DNA of 64,000 nt from an uncultured Gammaproteobacteria bacterium. Its GTDB lineage: Bacteria > Patescibacteriota > Patescibacteriia > UBA9934. The notes under the pieces are model-generated. The model saw nothing but the letters and a program-made list of their open reading frames with translations, did no database searches and was not told where the DNA came from. The position numbers and the translations under genes are program-made. This document shows, piece by piece, positions 1 through 8,823 of the stretch (position 1 is its first letter; the number at the start of each line of letters is the position of its first letter). The DNA lies in NCBI GenBank assembly GCA_964599455.1, contig CAZREA010000001.1, positions 353,829-417,828 of the forward strand, written 5' to 3'.

Positions 1-469
1 CGGCGCCAGAGTAGCCGTCACAGTTGTAGTCGCTCGGGTCGCTGCAGTCTTCCTCGAGGGCGCCGGGATTGTAGGCAGCGTCGCCGTCGTCGCAGTCACC
101 CGCGACGCCCGCGAAGCCATCGGGCTGGTCGCAGGCGATCTGGTTGTCAGGTCCGTCGACACCATAGCTGTCGGCGTCGAAGTCCGGGTACCAGATAGAG
201 GCGTCGATTGCGTCCTCGTCGACGATGTTGTCGCAGTCGTTGTCCTTGCCGTCGCACAGCTCGGACGCGCCGGGATGCCGAGAGGCGTCCTGGTCGTCAC
301 AATCCTCCTCGGCGACCACGCCGTCGCGGTCATCGTCGGCGCTTCGGATGGCGTCACACTGTTCCACCGTCAGGCCGTAGCAGAGATCCAGCCGCTCTGC
401 ATGTTCCTTGTCGGAGATATCGACACACGCCGCTGCCAGCAGCAGTCCGAACAGAATGAAAACCCTCAT
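1..469 (-). CDS. Secreted/lipoprotein with MopE-like putative metal-binding Cys/Asp-rich repeats (start codon at 467-469; C-terminus runs off the window)
   Basis: Minus-strand translation MRVFILFGLLLAAAC... shows a signal peptide with a lipobox-like Cys, followed by repeated DCDDxDAxxxPGAxExCDGxDNDCD motifs. Local GC is about 66% with strong GC3 bias. Not in the ORF track because it has no in-window stop. Confidence 0.6.
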   Translation of the reverse strand, partial: MRVFILFGLLLAAACVDISDKEHAERLDLCYGLTVEQCDAIRSADDDRDGVVAEEDCDDQDASRHPGASELCDGKDNDCDNIVDEDAIDASIWYPDFDADSYGVDGPDNQIACDQPDGFAGVAGDCDDGDAAYNPGALEEDCSDPSDYNCDGYSGA

Positions 470-733
470 TTTCGCGTCTCCGTGCGGATAGGAATCCGCC
501 TTATTCCCCAACGTTTTCCGGCGTGGGGAGCGTTATATTTACTGACGAAGGAAGAGATCCGGCTCTCTCTATGTATTCCGTCAAAATCAGAGAAAAAACT
601 ACTTTTTAGCGAGCTTCTCATGATCTTTTCGGAAAAAGAACGGAAGAAAAAAGTTCTTCGGTTGTTTTTCCGCTCCTCCTGTACGGTTTTTGTTCGTATA
701 CTCTTACCAAAAAAGCAAAGAAAAAGCAAGTAT

Positions 734-1378
734 TTACTTAAAAAAGACTCCTATTCCTATAACCCGAACTTGACTGATGATATTCACAATAACAATGGCG
801 AAAATACCTAAAAACCGCGTCATTTCATACATTGGGTAAACAGAAAGCCAATACACGATCGCCGCAGCAACAGGCGGAAGAATACACAACCCCCCCATCA
901 TGATCGTGACAATAATCAATGCAGGAATCGACATCTGCCTCTGTGGTGCAATGAATTCTTTGCCGATACCTCCAAAAAACGTAATCAGCCAAGCTATTGC
1001 TTGTGGCGTTACATACAACATCGCCCCTTCAACAAGCAATTGCGTAGGATCAGCACCGCCATAAAGTGCGTAACCTAAAAACAAATAGTTTGGAATGAGA
1101 AGAACAAGGAGCTGAAAGATCTTTGATGGCAGGCGAAGATAGATGAGATATTCCAAACACAACAAAAAGAACATGGCTACCGGATACATCCCCGCAAAAC
1201 GTAACAATAAATTGCCATTGCCCGCATATGCATCAAACATCGGCAAAATAATTACCATCACCACAACATGCGCAGCGATATTTTGCAAAATGAAAACTAT
1301 TTTTAATATCGTCGTTATTCGTGGATGTGCAGAAGATCCGCCAGACCGTCTCTGTTGATATGCCAACGCGCTGTCCAT
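734..1378 (-). CDS. Hypothetical polytopic membrane protein
   Basis: 214-aa ORF with multiple hydrophobic segments. No recognisable motif. Confidence 0.45.
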   Translation of the reverse strand: MDSALAYQQRRSGGSSAHPRITTILKIVFILQNIAAHVVVMVIILPMFDAYAGNGNLLLRFAGMYPVAMFFLLCLEYLIYLRLPSKIFQLLVLLIPNYLFLGYALYGGADPTQLLVEGAMLYVTPQAIAWLITFFGGIGKEFIAPQRQMSIPALIIVTIMMGGLCILPPVAAAIVYWLSVYPMYEMTRFLGIFAIVIVNIISQVRVIGIGVFFK

Positions 1379-1387
1379 AACAATATA

Positions 1388-2929
1388 TTATGCAGCCTTT
1401 GGCAACGATCGATCGTCGTCGTTGTTATCTTGATTCTGCTCGGTCGCATTCTCAACATTCACCTCTTCCTGATCTTCCACATTCGCCGCCGCCGAACGAC
1501 GCTCATAGCGTGCATCAGCAGAACCAACAGGGTTATAGCGAGATTCTTGATTCCCTATCGCCGCACGTCGGCGTTGCGCACCCGCTTCAGGATCAAGAAC
1601 AATCTGTCGCGCTAATTCCTTTGCTTCCGCGTAGCGCTCCTCAACAAATCGCTGCCGAACTGAACGCGTATCAACACCCGCTGTTCTACGCAACCAAGCA
1701 GAGGCCTTGTCGCGCCAATTCCCTTCTGCAGCTGGCCGCGGAGTGATTAAGGCTAAGTAGTCATCAAAAGAAGTCGTTTCCAAACCACTCACCAGACCTG
1801 CGCGGGCGAGGGTGTCTTTCACTGCTTCAAAATTCCGACGTTCGGTTTGATACTGTTTTTCAGAAGCATCAAAAAACTCCTGTTCCTGCTTCGCCATTTC
1901 CTCCTGTTCTTGAAGCTCTTGAGATGTTTCATCCTGAACATCCACTTCTTCTTGATCTTCTGAATTACTTGCTGCTGAACGGAGCTCATAACGCGCATCG
2001 CCAGCACCAGCAGTCGCAGCAGCAGGATTATAGCGATATTCTTGATTACTTATCGCCGAACGACGACGCGCCGCCGTTGCCTCGGGATCAAGTACGACTT
2101 TTTCGGCAAGCGACTTTGCATATGCATACTGCTCCTCAAGCTTCTGCCGCGGCGAACGCATGTCGGTCGCACCGGTCACTCGACCCAATAAAAATGATGC
2201 TTTCTGACGCCAGCTGCCCGCCGGTAGTTTGGGTTTCTCAGTTGAAGCATGTAAAAATTGATCAAACGTAATATTCTCAAAACCACTCTGTATACCTGCA
2301 CGAGCAAGCGTATCTTTAACCGCATCAAATGCTCGGCGTTCATCACCGAAAGAAAAAAAATCATCTTCAACTTGTTGCCGCTGAAGAGCAAGCTGTTCAA
2401 GTGTTGCCCGAAGAATGTTGGCACGATCAATGGTTTCACGCAAAAATGGCGTATCATCCTCATCAAGATTTTCAATTATTTCTTCTGCGCGTTCCAGAGA
2501 TTGTGTAAGAATCTTTTCTTTTCTTTGTTGATCGTTCCCATATCGCTCCTGTAAATCCTGTAAATAGTCATCAACTGCTTGCGTGACAAGGGGCGTGACA
2601 CGAGGCCTATCAATAACTTCAGTACGCAACGGAGCAGCATGTCCTCGACGCTGCGGATTCTTTCCCACACCATGATGGTCGGCCAGTTGCTGAAAAGCTT
2701 TTTCCATGGAAAGTTGAGCGAGATCAACCTGTCCTTGAGCATCAGCCCCCGCTTCAAGGATTTTTTTTAATTCCCGTCGTCGTTCCCCCAGAACGTTTGT
2801 CCTTGCTTGTTGCCGAGAAAATGATTTACGAGAACGCCTTGGCGTTTCACCTTCATCTTCAGGGCTCTTATTTTCCTGAGTACGCTCGGGAGAGACATCT
2901 TTACTTTGATCAACAATCTTCTGCATCAT
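1388..2929 (-). CDS. Hypothetical acidic/charged protein with two ~165-aa internal tandem repeats
   Basis: The ORF reaches 3142, but its N-terminus would read through two tRNA genes. The first plausible start is MMQKIVDQ at 2929. The protein shows duplicated blocks (F[ED]AVKDTLARAG...NWRDKAS...VLDPEA..ARRR.AI.NQE.RYNP...DARYE.RSAA.N.EDQEEV), mirrored by DNA-level similarity between ~1440-1620 and ~1920-2100. Confidence 0.55.
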   Translation of the reverse strand: MMQKIVDQSKDVSPERTQENKSPEDEGETPRRSRKSFSRQQARTNVLGERRRELKKILEAGADAQGQVDLAQLSMEKAFQQLADHHGVGKNPQRRGHAAPLRTEVIDRPRVTPLVTQAVDDYLQDLQERYGNDQQRKEKILTQSLERAEEIIENLDEDDTPFLRETIDRANILRATLEQLALQRQQVEDDFFSFGDERRAFDAVKDTLARAGIQSGFENITFDQFLHASTEKPKLPAGSWRQKASFLLGRVTGATDMRSPRQKLEEQYAYAKSLAEKVVLDPEATAARRRSAISNQEYRYNPAAATAGAGDARYELRSAASNSEDQEEVDVQDETSQELQEQEEMAKQEQEFFDASEKQYQTERRNFEAVKDTLARAGLVSGLETTSFDDYLALITPRPAAEGNWRDKASAWLRRTAGVDTRSVRQRFVEERYAEAKELARQIVLDPEAGAQRRRAAIGNQESRYNPVGSADARYERRSAAANVEDQEEVNVENATEQNQDNNDDDRSLPKAA

Positions 2930-3059
2930 TTCAGATCCCCGAGAAAATCGCTCAATCATATAAAAACAGTATAACCCAATACAAAAATCCCAGCATGTGC
3001 TGGAATTTTTAAAAGGACACATCCCACATAGCCCTGACGCTAGGAAGGGCGACGTGGGA

Positions 3060-3145
3060 TGGTGGGTTGAGAAGGATTCGAACCTTCGTAGGCGTAAGCC
3101 AGCAGATTTACAGTCTGCCCTCGTTGACCGCTTGAGTATCAACCC
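3060..3145 (-). tRNA. tRNA-Tyr (anticodon GUA), type II with long variable arm
   Basis: Reverse complement reads GGGTTGATACTCAAGCGGTCAACGAGGGCAGACTGTAAATCTGC...GGTTCGAATCCTTCTCAACCCACCA. It has a 7-bp acceptor stem, a CUGUAAA anticodon loop and an encoded CCA. Architecture closely parallels E. coli tRNA-Tyr. Confidence 0.85.
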
Positions 3146-3155
3146 AAATAATGAA

Positions 3156-3232
3156 TGGAGCCGATGGTCGGATTCGAACCGACGACCTGCTGTTTACAAA
3201 ACAGCTGCTCTAACCAACTGAGCTACATCGGC
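3156..3232 (-). tRNA. tRNA-Thr (anticodon UGU)
   Basis: Reverse complement reads GCCGATGTAGCTCAGTTGGTTAGAGCAGCTGTTTTGTAAACAGCAGGTCGTCGGTTCGAATCCGACCATCGGCTCCA. It folds as a canonical cloverleaf with a TTTGTAA anticodon loop. Confidence 0.85.
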
Positions 3233-3349
3233 AACCGTCGACTTTTTGCAGGCGAGATCGTAACACGATCAACGAGACTGGACAAGAGGATACGGGCATA
3301 CCCGTGTCGCACGTCCTCATCCACATTTTCTGCTATACTTCTTTTATCT

Positions 3350-4684
3350 ATGCAATCAAAAACACTTCTTACCGGCGTTGGCGCTATCGCACTAGCCGCA
3401 ATTTCATCGTTTGGAACCGTTTGGTACCTCGACTATCAATCAAAAGTACCAACAGATTCATCAAACAAACAAACGGCTCACTCAAACGATGCCGATATAT
3501 TAAATAAAGAAGATACCCCTTACGCCACCATGCTTGCTTTCCAAAGTAGTCAGGGTTTTATGGGAAACAAAAAAGCTGAAGAATACGCAACGGAAAATGG
3601 CTGGTATGCCTTTACAAAAAGTGAATATTACGAAACATTTTTAAAAAATCTTACAAAAGCACTTTCTGATAATGCAAAGCTCGTGAAAGAGAGTGGTGCT
3701 TCCATGAATCGTGATATTGTTGGTGCTTTTACTTGGAATGTAAGCGAGCCTATACAGGGAACCTATGACTGGACGATCCCTGATATGACCATGTTCGCCG
3801 CAGGTGAAGCCGAAGTCTACGAACTTGGCGTTATTCAACCCTTTGCATCCTGGGCAACAACCAATGAACTTAATCCAGAAAATTGCCAAGGTATCGATTT
3901 TATCTACCATGATTTCAAGGGCGGTCTCCCAAAAGGAACCTCTCTTGAAAATTATAAAATCTGGCTGCAGACTATCGTTGAACGGTACGACGGAGATGGT
4001 ATCGACGACATGGATGGCCTTAAAACAAAAGTATCTGCATGGGAAATCGGCAACGAAATTGAAGGAATGTGCCATGGGTCAACCCTCACTGCAGAAGAAT
4101 ATGCAGACTTCCTTGCGATATCTGCAGAAACCATCAAAAAAGCTGACCCCGATGCAATCGTCATGAATGGAGGGGCGTTGGAAATTGTTGGCGGAAATGG
4201 CCAAGAAATTCCTGAGACGATTACTTTTTGGAAAGCCTTTTTTGCCGCCGATGGCGCCGATGCGCTCGATGTCTTCAATCTTCATTACAATACCGAACGC
4301 TCGGGATCATTATCGTCGACCGATAACTGGAAAAATCTCATCTCGTTCTATCGCGATCTTCTTGATGATGCAGGTAGAGAAGATGTAAAAATCTGGGCAA
4401 CGGAATTTGGAACGTACAGCGGGACACCTAGCTCTCCAAATAACGGCGGTGCGACGATCCAAGTACCGACAGGTATGGAAAATGCTGGCTCAAAAACACA
4501 AAGCGAATCTTTTCAAACGTCGTGGTTTGAAAAATATATCGCTCTTGGCGAAGAATATAATGTAGAAAAATACTTCATCGATCTTATTGGTCCCGACAAC
4601 AGTACGATTGGTGGATCAGCGATATTTAGCGCACAAAGTAGAGAAGCACGCCCATTCCTGAAAGCCTTGCAAGCCATGGAGTAA
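3350..4684 (+). CDS. Glycoside hydrolase, clan GH-A (GH5-like) with N-terminal membrane anchor/signal
   Basis: The track ORF starts inside the tRNA, so the plausible start is MQSKTLLTGVGAIALAA at 3350. It contains SAWEIGNEIEG (acid/base region) and WATEFGTYSG (nucleophile region), typical of (beta/alpha)8 clan-A hydrolases. Confidence 0.55.
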   Translation: MQSKTLLTGVGAIALAAISSFGTVWYLDYQSKVPTDSSNKQTAHSNDADILNKEDTPYATMLAFQSSQGFMGNKKAEEYATENGWYAFTKSEYYETFLKNLTKALSDNAKLVKESGASMNRDIVGAFTWNVSEPIQGTYDWTIPDMTMFAAGEAEVYELGVIQPFASWATTNELNPENCQGIDFIYHDFKGGLPKGTSLENYKIWLQTIVERYDGDGIDDMDGLKTKVSAWEIGNEIEGMCHGSTLTAEEYADFLAISAETIKKADPDAIVMNGGALEIVGGNGQEIPETITFWKAFFAADGADALDVFNLHYNTERSGSLSSTDNWKNLISFYRDLLDDAGREDVKIWATEFGTYSGTPSSPNNGGATIQVPTGMENAGSKTQSESFQTSWFEKYIALGEEYNVEKYFIDLIGPDNSTIGGSAIFSAQSREARPFLKALQAME

Positions 4685-4692
4685 AAACAAAA

Positions 4693-4725
4693 ATCACCCT
4701 CGACAAGCGAAGGGTGATTTTTTTA
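4693..4725. terminator. Bidirectional rho-independent terminator between the convergent GH and helicase genes
   Basis: The hairpin ATCACCCT-N10-AGGGTGAT is followed by TTTTTTT and preceded by an A-tract. Confidence 0.55.
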
Positions 4726-4743
4726 ATCTCGTGCAATGTCTGT

Positions 4744-6039
4744 TTAAATAAACACGCGACGTGGCTTTGCCGAAGAACTGCCCGATGACGTCGATGCAGA
4801 TGCAGTAGGAGCAGTGGTTCGAACCGGGAATCGACGCGGTGCATGACCACGAGGAGCTAACGAACGTTGCTGTGGACGAGAAAAAGGTTTGCGAGGAGTG
4901 GCTGATTCTGTAAAAGATGATGAGCGAGATACCGTTGATTTTCCGGAAACGGGAATCTGTTTACCAATCAAGCGTTCGATGGTGCGAATAAGTTGTTTTT
5001 GATCAGGCGTGACAAACGAAACCGCTTTTCCCTCTTTGCCCGCACGACCGGTGCGGCCAATACGATGCACGTAATCCTCTGGATTATCGGGAAGATCGAA
5101 ATTCACCACTAACGAAAGATCGCGCACATCAACACCACGAGCAGCAATATCGGTTGCAACCAGAACGCGTGTTTTTCCTGACTTAAAGGATTCAAGCGAT
5201 GCCTTGCGTTGCTGCAAAGATAGATTGGCATGCAATTCTCCGGCAGTAAAATTATTTTCACGTAATGCTAACGCAATCTTACGCGCACCATGTTTGGTAC
5301 GAGAGAACACCAGCACGCTGCCCGGATGTTCACGCAAAATAGTTACAAGCATTGTATGTTTATCGAACTTCGGAACGAGAATGATTTCTTGGGCAATTTT
5401 ATCAACCGTTGTTCCTGCAGGCGCAACTTCAATGCGCACCGGTGCACGCATATGATTCTTCGCCAAATTCATGATGGCATCAGGCATGGTTGCCGAAAAC
5501 AACAGTGTTTGACGCTCCTTGGGAACACTCGACAAAATGGTGTTGAGCTGCGGAGCAAAACCCATATCAAACATACGATCTGCTTCGTCGAGAACCAGAA
5601 CGCCCGTATGCGCAAGCGAAACCGTCTTCTGTTGCAAGTGGTCAACCAAACGACCAGGAGTGGCAATAATCACGTGCGGTTTAGCGCGCAATTTTTGCTT
5701 TTGGGCAAACATCGACGCGCCACCAATAAGCACCGCAGTGCGCATACCCAGTCCCGCACCAATACCTCGAAGCTCTTCGTCGACCTGGAGGGCGAGTTCG
5801 CGGGTTGGCAACAAAATAAGACCTTGCTTTTTCAAGCGAGCTAATCGTTCAATGAGTGGCAGGCCGAAAGCAAAGGTTTTTCCGGTTCCAGTCTGGGCAA
5901 TACCCACGACATCGGTTCCTTGTAAAACCACAGGAATCGCCTGCACCTGGATAGGGGTTGGCGTAAGAATATTTCGTTCTGACAAAAGTGAAACCAATTT
6001 CTTGGCAAGGCCAAGATCGGCAAAAGTAGCTTCCTGCAT
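4744..6039 (-). CDS. DEAD-box ATP-dependent RNA helicase with Arg/Ser-rich C-terminal tail
   Basis: Motifs present are AQTGTGKT (Walker A), LVLDEADRMFDMGF (DEAD), SAT, VATDIAARGVDV and HRIGRTGRAG. Start chosen at MQEATFADLG (6039) rather than the upstream in-frame Met. Confidence 0.85.
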   Translation of the reverse strand: MQEATFADLGLAKKLVSLLSERNILTPTPIQVQAIPVVLQGTDVVGIAQTGTGKTFAFGLPLIERLARLKKQGLILLPTRELALQVDEELRGIGAGLGMRTAVLIGGASMFAQKQKLRAKPHVIIATPGRLVDHLQQKTVSLAHTGVLVLDEADRMFDMGFAPQLNTILSSVPKERQTLLFSATMPDAIMNLAKNHMRAPVRIEVAPAGTTVDKIAQEIILVPKFDKHTMLVTILREHPGSVLVFSRTKHGARKIALALRENNFTAGELHANLSLQQRKASLESFKSGKTRVLVATDIAARGVDVRDLSLVVNFDLPDNPEDYVHRIGRTGRAGKEGKAVSFVTPDQKQLIRTIERLIGKQIPVSGKSTVSRSSSFTESATPRKPFSRPQQRSLAPRGHAPRRFPVRTTAPTASASTSSGSSSAKPRRVFI

Positions 6040-6149
6040 AGAGAATACCGCGAATCTCTTCCATATCCACGGTAAACTCAAGGGGACCGATCGGGAAAAA
6101 ATGCGCTGAAGGTAAAAAATGAAAACCCTTTTATCTTAGCACAAATCTG

Positions 6150-6171
6150 AAATAATGTCAATTTTTATCCA
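6150..6171. repeat. Direct repeat copy 1 (AATAATGTCAATTTTTATCCAGA)
   Basis: Near-identical to 7577..7599. The two copies flank a 1.4-kb stretch containing two GC-rich hypothetical genes. Confidence 0.4.
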
Positions 6172-6228
6172 GACATTTAAACCAAAAAGGACCCGTACAC
6201 GCATGCATACAGGTCCCCACGCCCACGT

Positions 6229-6864
6229 TCAAACGCGGGTTGCGGCAAAACGCCGACGATCCCAATTGTCATCGAGCATACAGCAGGCTAAATGCGGCCG
6301 TCCTTCAGAACAGGTGAGACAGCAAATATACACATCCCCAGCCCCGTCCTGAAAGGCAGCTTCCCAGAAGCAAATCAGCGGAGCCTTGCCCTGATCATCT
6401 GGCCGTGTCCAAGCAGGCGGAATGAGGTCAGGACACTCCTGCAGAGCTGCAGCTATGTTCGGGTGCAGCGTCTTCGATCCCCCGCCCCGGAGCTGCCCAT
6501 GCAAATCGTGGCCATATACCTCTCCTGCTGCTTGCTCGACGGTAAGAAAGAGTTCAACTCTCGCTCCGTCGACATAGAGATCGTCCGCTCGACGTTCTAC
6601 CGTAACCCAACCCGATCCCTTATTCCATTTCGTATCCATGTCTCCCAACACCGGAAGCGGCGGGAAACCGGTCAAGTTTACCTGGATTGACGTTTCGGAA
6701 ATCCTCTCCAAAAGCCCAAAATTGCGGTAATAACGAATAAAAGCAAGAGCTTCCGTGGCATGCCAACGAAGCCAGGCAGCGTCCTCGTCGGAGGCGCCCG
6801 CGTCCAAGAGGGCCTGCAGAGCGAGGCCAAACTTGGGATGTTCAAGCTCGATAGAACGTTCCAT
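6229..6864 (-). CDS. Hypothetical protein (GC-rich block gene 1)
   Basis: Start chosen at MERSIELEH (6864) because a GGAGGAGGG Shine-Dalgarno lies 9 nt upstream. The track start at 6900 lacks an SD. Local GC is about 58-60%. Confidence 0.5.
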   Translation of the reverse strand: MERSIELEHPKFGLALQALLDAGASDEDAAWLRWHATEALAFIRYYRNFGLLERISETSIQVNLTGFPPLPVLGDMDTKWNKGSGWVTVERRADDLYVDGARVELFLTVEQAAGEVYGHDLHGQLRGGGSKTLHPNIAAALQECPDLIPPAWTRPDDQGKAPLICFWEAAFQDGAGDVYICCLTCSEGRPHLACCMLDDNWDRRRFAATRV

Positions 6865-7102
6865 TTGGAATAACCCTCCTCGTAAACCATTAGCGTCCAT
6901 GATCCGAGAATCTCAGATCATCACGAACGGTTTGTTGTTGAAAACGGCAGTTTAAAGCCATTTGCATAGCTACAAAATGCCGCATTCAACAAAATAAAGT
7001 AGCAAAAATAAGCCAAAGAGTCAACACACGGTGATTCTAAAAAAAACACCGCTCCCGGAGCACGACCACATCAAGGCGAATCGTATTCTGAGAGCGGTGA
7101 CG

Positions 7103-7483
7103 TCAGGACACCTGCCTGAGCGCGTGAGCGATGAAGTCATCGGGAGGACGGACGGCGTGGTCGCGCACATAGTGCAGGAATCCATCCGGCCACTGGTAGG
7201 TGCCGTCACAATGCTCGCCCGAGCCGTTGCTGCAGCCGCACAGGCGGCAGACCGAGGGACCGCGCGAAGGAGCCTGTACCTTGCCCACAGTCTCGATGTA
7301 CCGCAGCAGACGACGCTGGTCGTTGAGCAACAGGTTGCCCCACCAGACGGGATCGACGTGATCCTGAACTTCCGGGAAACCCACACAGGCCCGCTTGATG
7401 TCCTCGGCCATATCTCGTGCAATGGGGTCATCGGGGATGAACTGCTCCAGCCCCTTGAAACTCCAAAAACCAACCTGTGTCAT
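7103..7483 (-). CDS. Hypothetical Cys/His-rich protein (GC-rich block gene 2)
   Basis: Start at MTQVGFWSF (7483) with GGAG upstream. Contains CRLCGCSNGSGEHCDG...HYVRDH. The opposite-strand ORF 7031..7516 looks less protein-like. Confidence 0.45.
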   Translation of the reverse strand: MTQVGFWSFKGLEQFIPDDPIARDMAEDIKRACVGFPEVQDHVDPVWWGNLLLNDQRRLLRYIETVGKVQAPSRGPSVCRLCGCSNGSGEHCDGTYQWPDGFLHYVRDHAVRPPDDFIAHALRQVS

Positions 7484-7576
7484 TCCTGGCTCCGATGTGA
7501 AAAGGTGGAAGATTGAGCATCGCTTGCCTGAGCTCGCGACATAACACATTCCCATACTTTTATTAGTATGGCAACC

Positions 7577-7599
7577 ATAATGTCAATTTTTTATCCGGA
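7577..7599. repeat. Direct repeat copy 2 (ATAATGTCAATTTTTTATCCGGA)
   Basis: Matches 6150..6171 except for one extra T and one A/G change. Confidence 0.4.
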
Positions 7600-7667
7600 A
7601 ATGAAAGAGCGCGTCTCGTCAGGCAGAGGCCCGACAAGACGGGTGCTCTCTGCCCTACGAAACGCGC

Positions 7668-8219
7668 TTACGTAGGCCACCACTCGGGCCGAGGCGGCGA
7701 GTAGGTCTCGAAACCGCCAAGCTCCTGGACCGCCGCGCACCAGAGCCGGTCGTGCTCGGGCATAAGCTCAGCGATCGCTTCTTTGACCGCCACAATGTTC
7801 CCGATGGTGTAGATAACGTTGCCGTTCAGGGAGTGATACCATCCCACATGCTGACCAGACAAAGCAGCAACGGCCAGTACCCAGCCTTCCATATCGAGGG
7901 GAGCGATGGTATTGGTCACAAACAGGTCGCCATCACCACAGGCGAGACGATCCGCAACGGTCGGCGCCAAGCAAGCGATGTTCAGGTGGTCGTAGACGCT
8001 GTGGACGAGAATACCGAATGCTTCGGCAATAGTCACCACATCAACGCCAGGATTTATCGTGTTCACATAATGAGGCAATTGCTCAGCCAGCTCCACGCTC
8101 AACCTGTGAGCGCAGGCCCTGCGATACGCATCGTCTCCCAGGGCAAGCGAGTGGAGGTCGCTGCCCGCTTGCAGAGCAGCATTGAGGTGCTCTCGCAATG
8201 TCTTTCGCCATCCCTCCAT
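7668..8219 (-). CDS. Hypothetical protein (GC-rich block gene 3)
   Basis: 183-aa ORF with a canonical AAGGAG Shine-Dalgarno 5 nt upstream of the ATG at 8219. GC is about 60%. Confidence 0.55.
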   Translation of the reverse strand: MEGWRKTLREHLNAALQAGSDLHSLALGDDAYRRACAHRLSVELAEQLPHYVNTINPGVDVVTIAEAFGILVHSVYDHLNIACLAPTVADRLACGDGDLFVTNTIAPLDMEGWVLAVAALSGQHVGWYHSLNGNVIYTIGNIVAVKEAIAELMPEHDRLWCAAVQELGGFETYSPPRPEWWPT

Positions 8220-8513
8220 GACAACTCCTTACTAGTGAAGAACGAGTAGCTTTATTGCCGACTCGATCGCATGAATTTGCGACATGACATATTTTCACAC
8301 TTTTATGATGATGACAACTCTATGTACTAGATGGACACTCTACTTTTGAGAATTTAGCTGAATTTCTTAATATTGGATAGTATCATAGCCGGAATTTTAT
8401 TTGTGCGCACTATAGTGTACAGGGTCCAGTCCAGGCCGCTATCAAAACATACAGTGCATCTAGAAGTATGAGACCTCTCCCACAAAATTAGCAGAAACAA
8501 AATATTGCATCAA

Positions 8514-8557
8514 AATCTCAAAAAAACAAAAAACTCTGATACGGTAGAATATCAGAG
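8514..8557 (-). terminator. Rho-independent terminator downstream of the tRNA-Thr 3' fragment (native tRNA terminator)
   Basis: On the minus strand the hairpin CTCTGATA-N8-TATCAGAG is followed by a T-rich tract (complement of the A-run at 8514-8533), immediately 3' of the tRNA fragment. Confidence 0.45.
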
Positions 8558-8562
8558 CCTTT

Positions 8563-8609
8563 TGGAGCCACAGACCAGGATTGAACTGGTGACCTCATCC
8601 TTACCATGG
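8563..8609 (-). pseudogene. 3' fragment of tRNA-Thr(GGU), anticodon loop through CCA (element-junction remnant)
   Basis: Reverse complement reads CCATGGTAAGGATGAGGTCACCAGTTCAATCCTGGTCTGTGGCTCCA. This matches the 3' exon of the intact tRNA at 21736..21776 with two compensatory T-stem changes. It diverges at the 11-bp core CCTTACCATGG. Confidence 0.6.
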
Positions 8610-8823
8610 GGGAGGTCGAGTTCAGAAATCCCAATTATCGGCTAACTGTAGTAAAGAAACCGTGAAAATGAGAAGCTTTGACAATCCGTCTACTCGACCA
8701 CTTCCACAATTAGTTACGACGTAAATTATGCCCCGTGTTTACTCCTTAGTCAAGTACAGATTTCAAGTAGGTACGGCACAAGAGCTACCACACAGAGAGC
8801 CGGCGGACGCTTCCTTTTCATGT

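Noticed and set aside
208-811. Plus-strand ORFs 208..459 and 275..811 at the window start
   Set aside because: Arg/Pro-rich translations typical of the wrong strand of a high-GC gene. The minus-strand frame gives a coherent signal peptide and Cys/Asp repeat protein.
3142-3350. Track ORF starts at 3142 (minus) and 3155 (plus) extending through the tRNA region
   Set aside because: These N-terminal extensions are translations of tRNA-Tyr/tRNA-Thr sequence. Internal Met codons with sensible protein starts were used instead.
5519-6109. Plus-strand 196-aa ORF inside the DEAD-box helicase gene
   Set aside because: It is antisense to a gene with unambiguous helicase motifs, so it is a shadow ORF.
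7031-7516. Plus-strand 161-aa ORF overlapping the GC-rich minus-strand gene
   Set aside because: No SD and a low-complexity Ala/Val-rich translation. The minus-strand ORF has an SD and a defined Cys/His motif. Same reasoning applies to 7752..8249 versus 7668..8219.
8290-8560. AT-rich low-complexity stretch, considered as a possible CRISPR leader or array
   Set aside because: No regularly spaced direct repeats. Only an A-tract and a single terminator hairpin.
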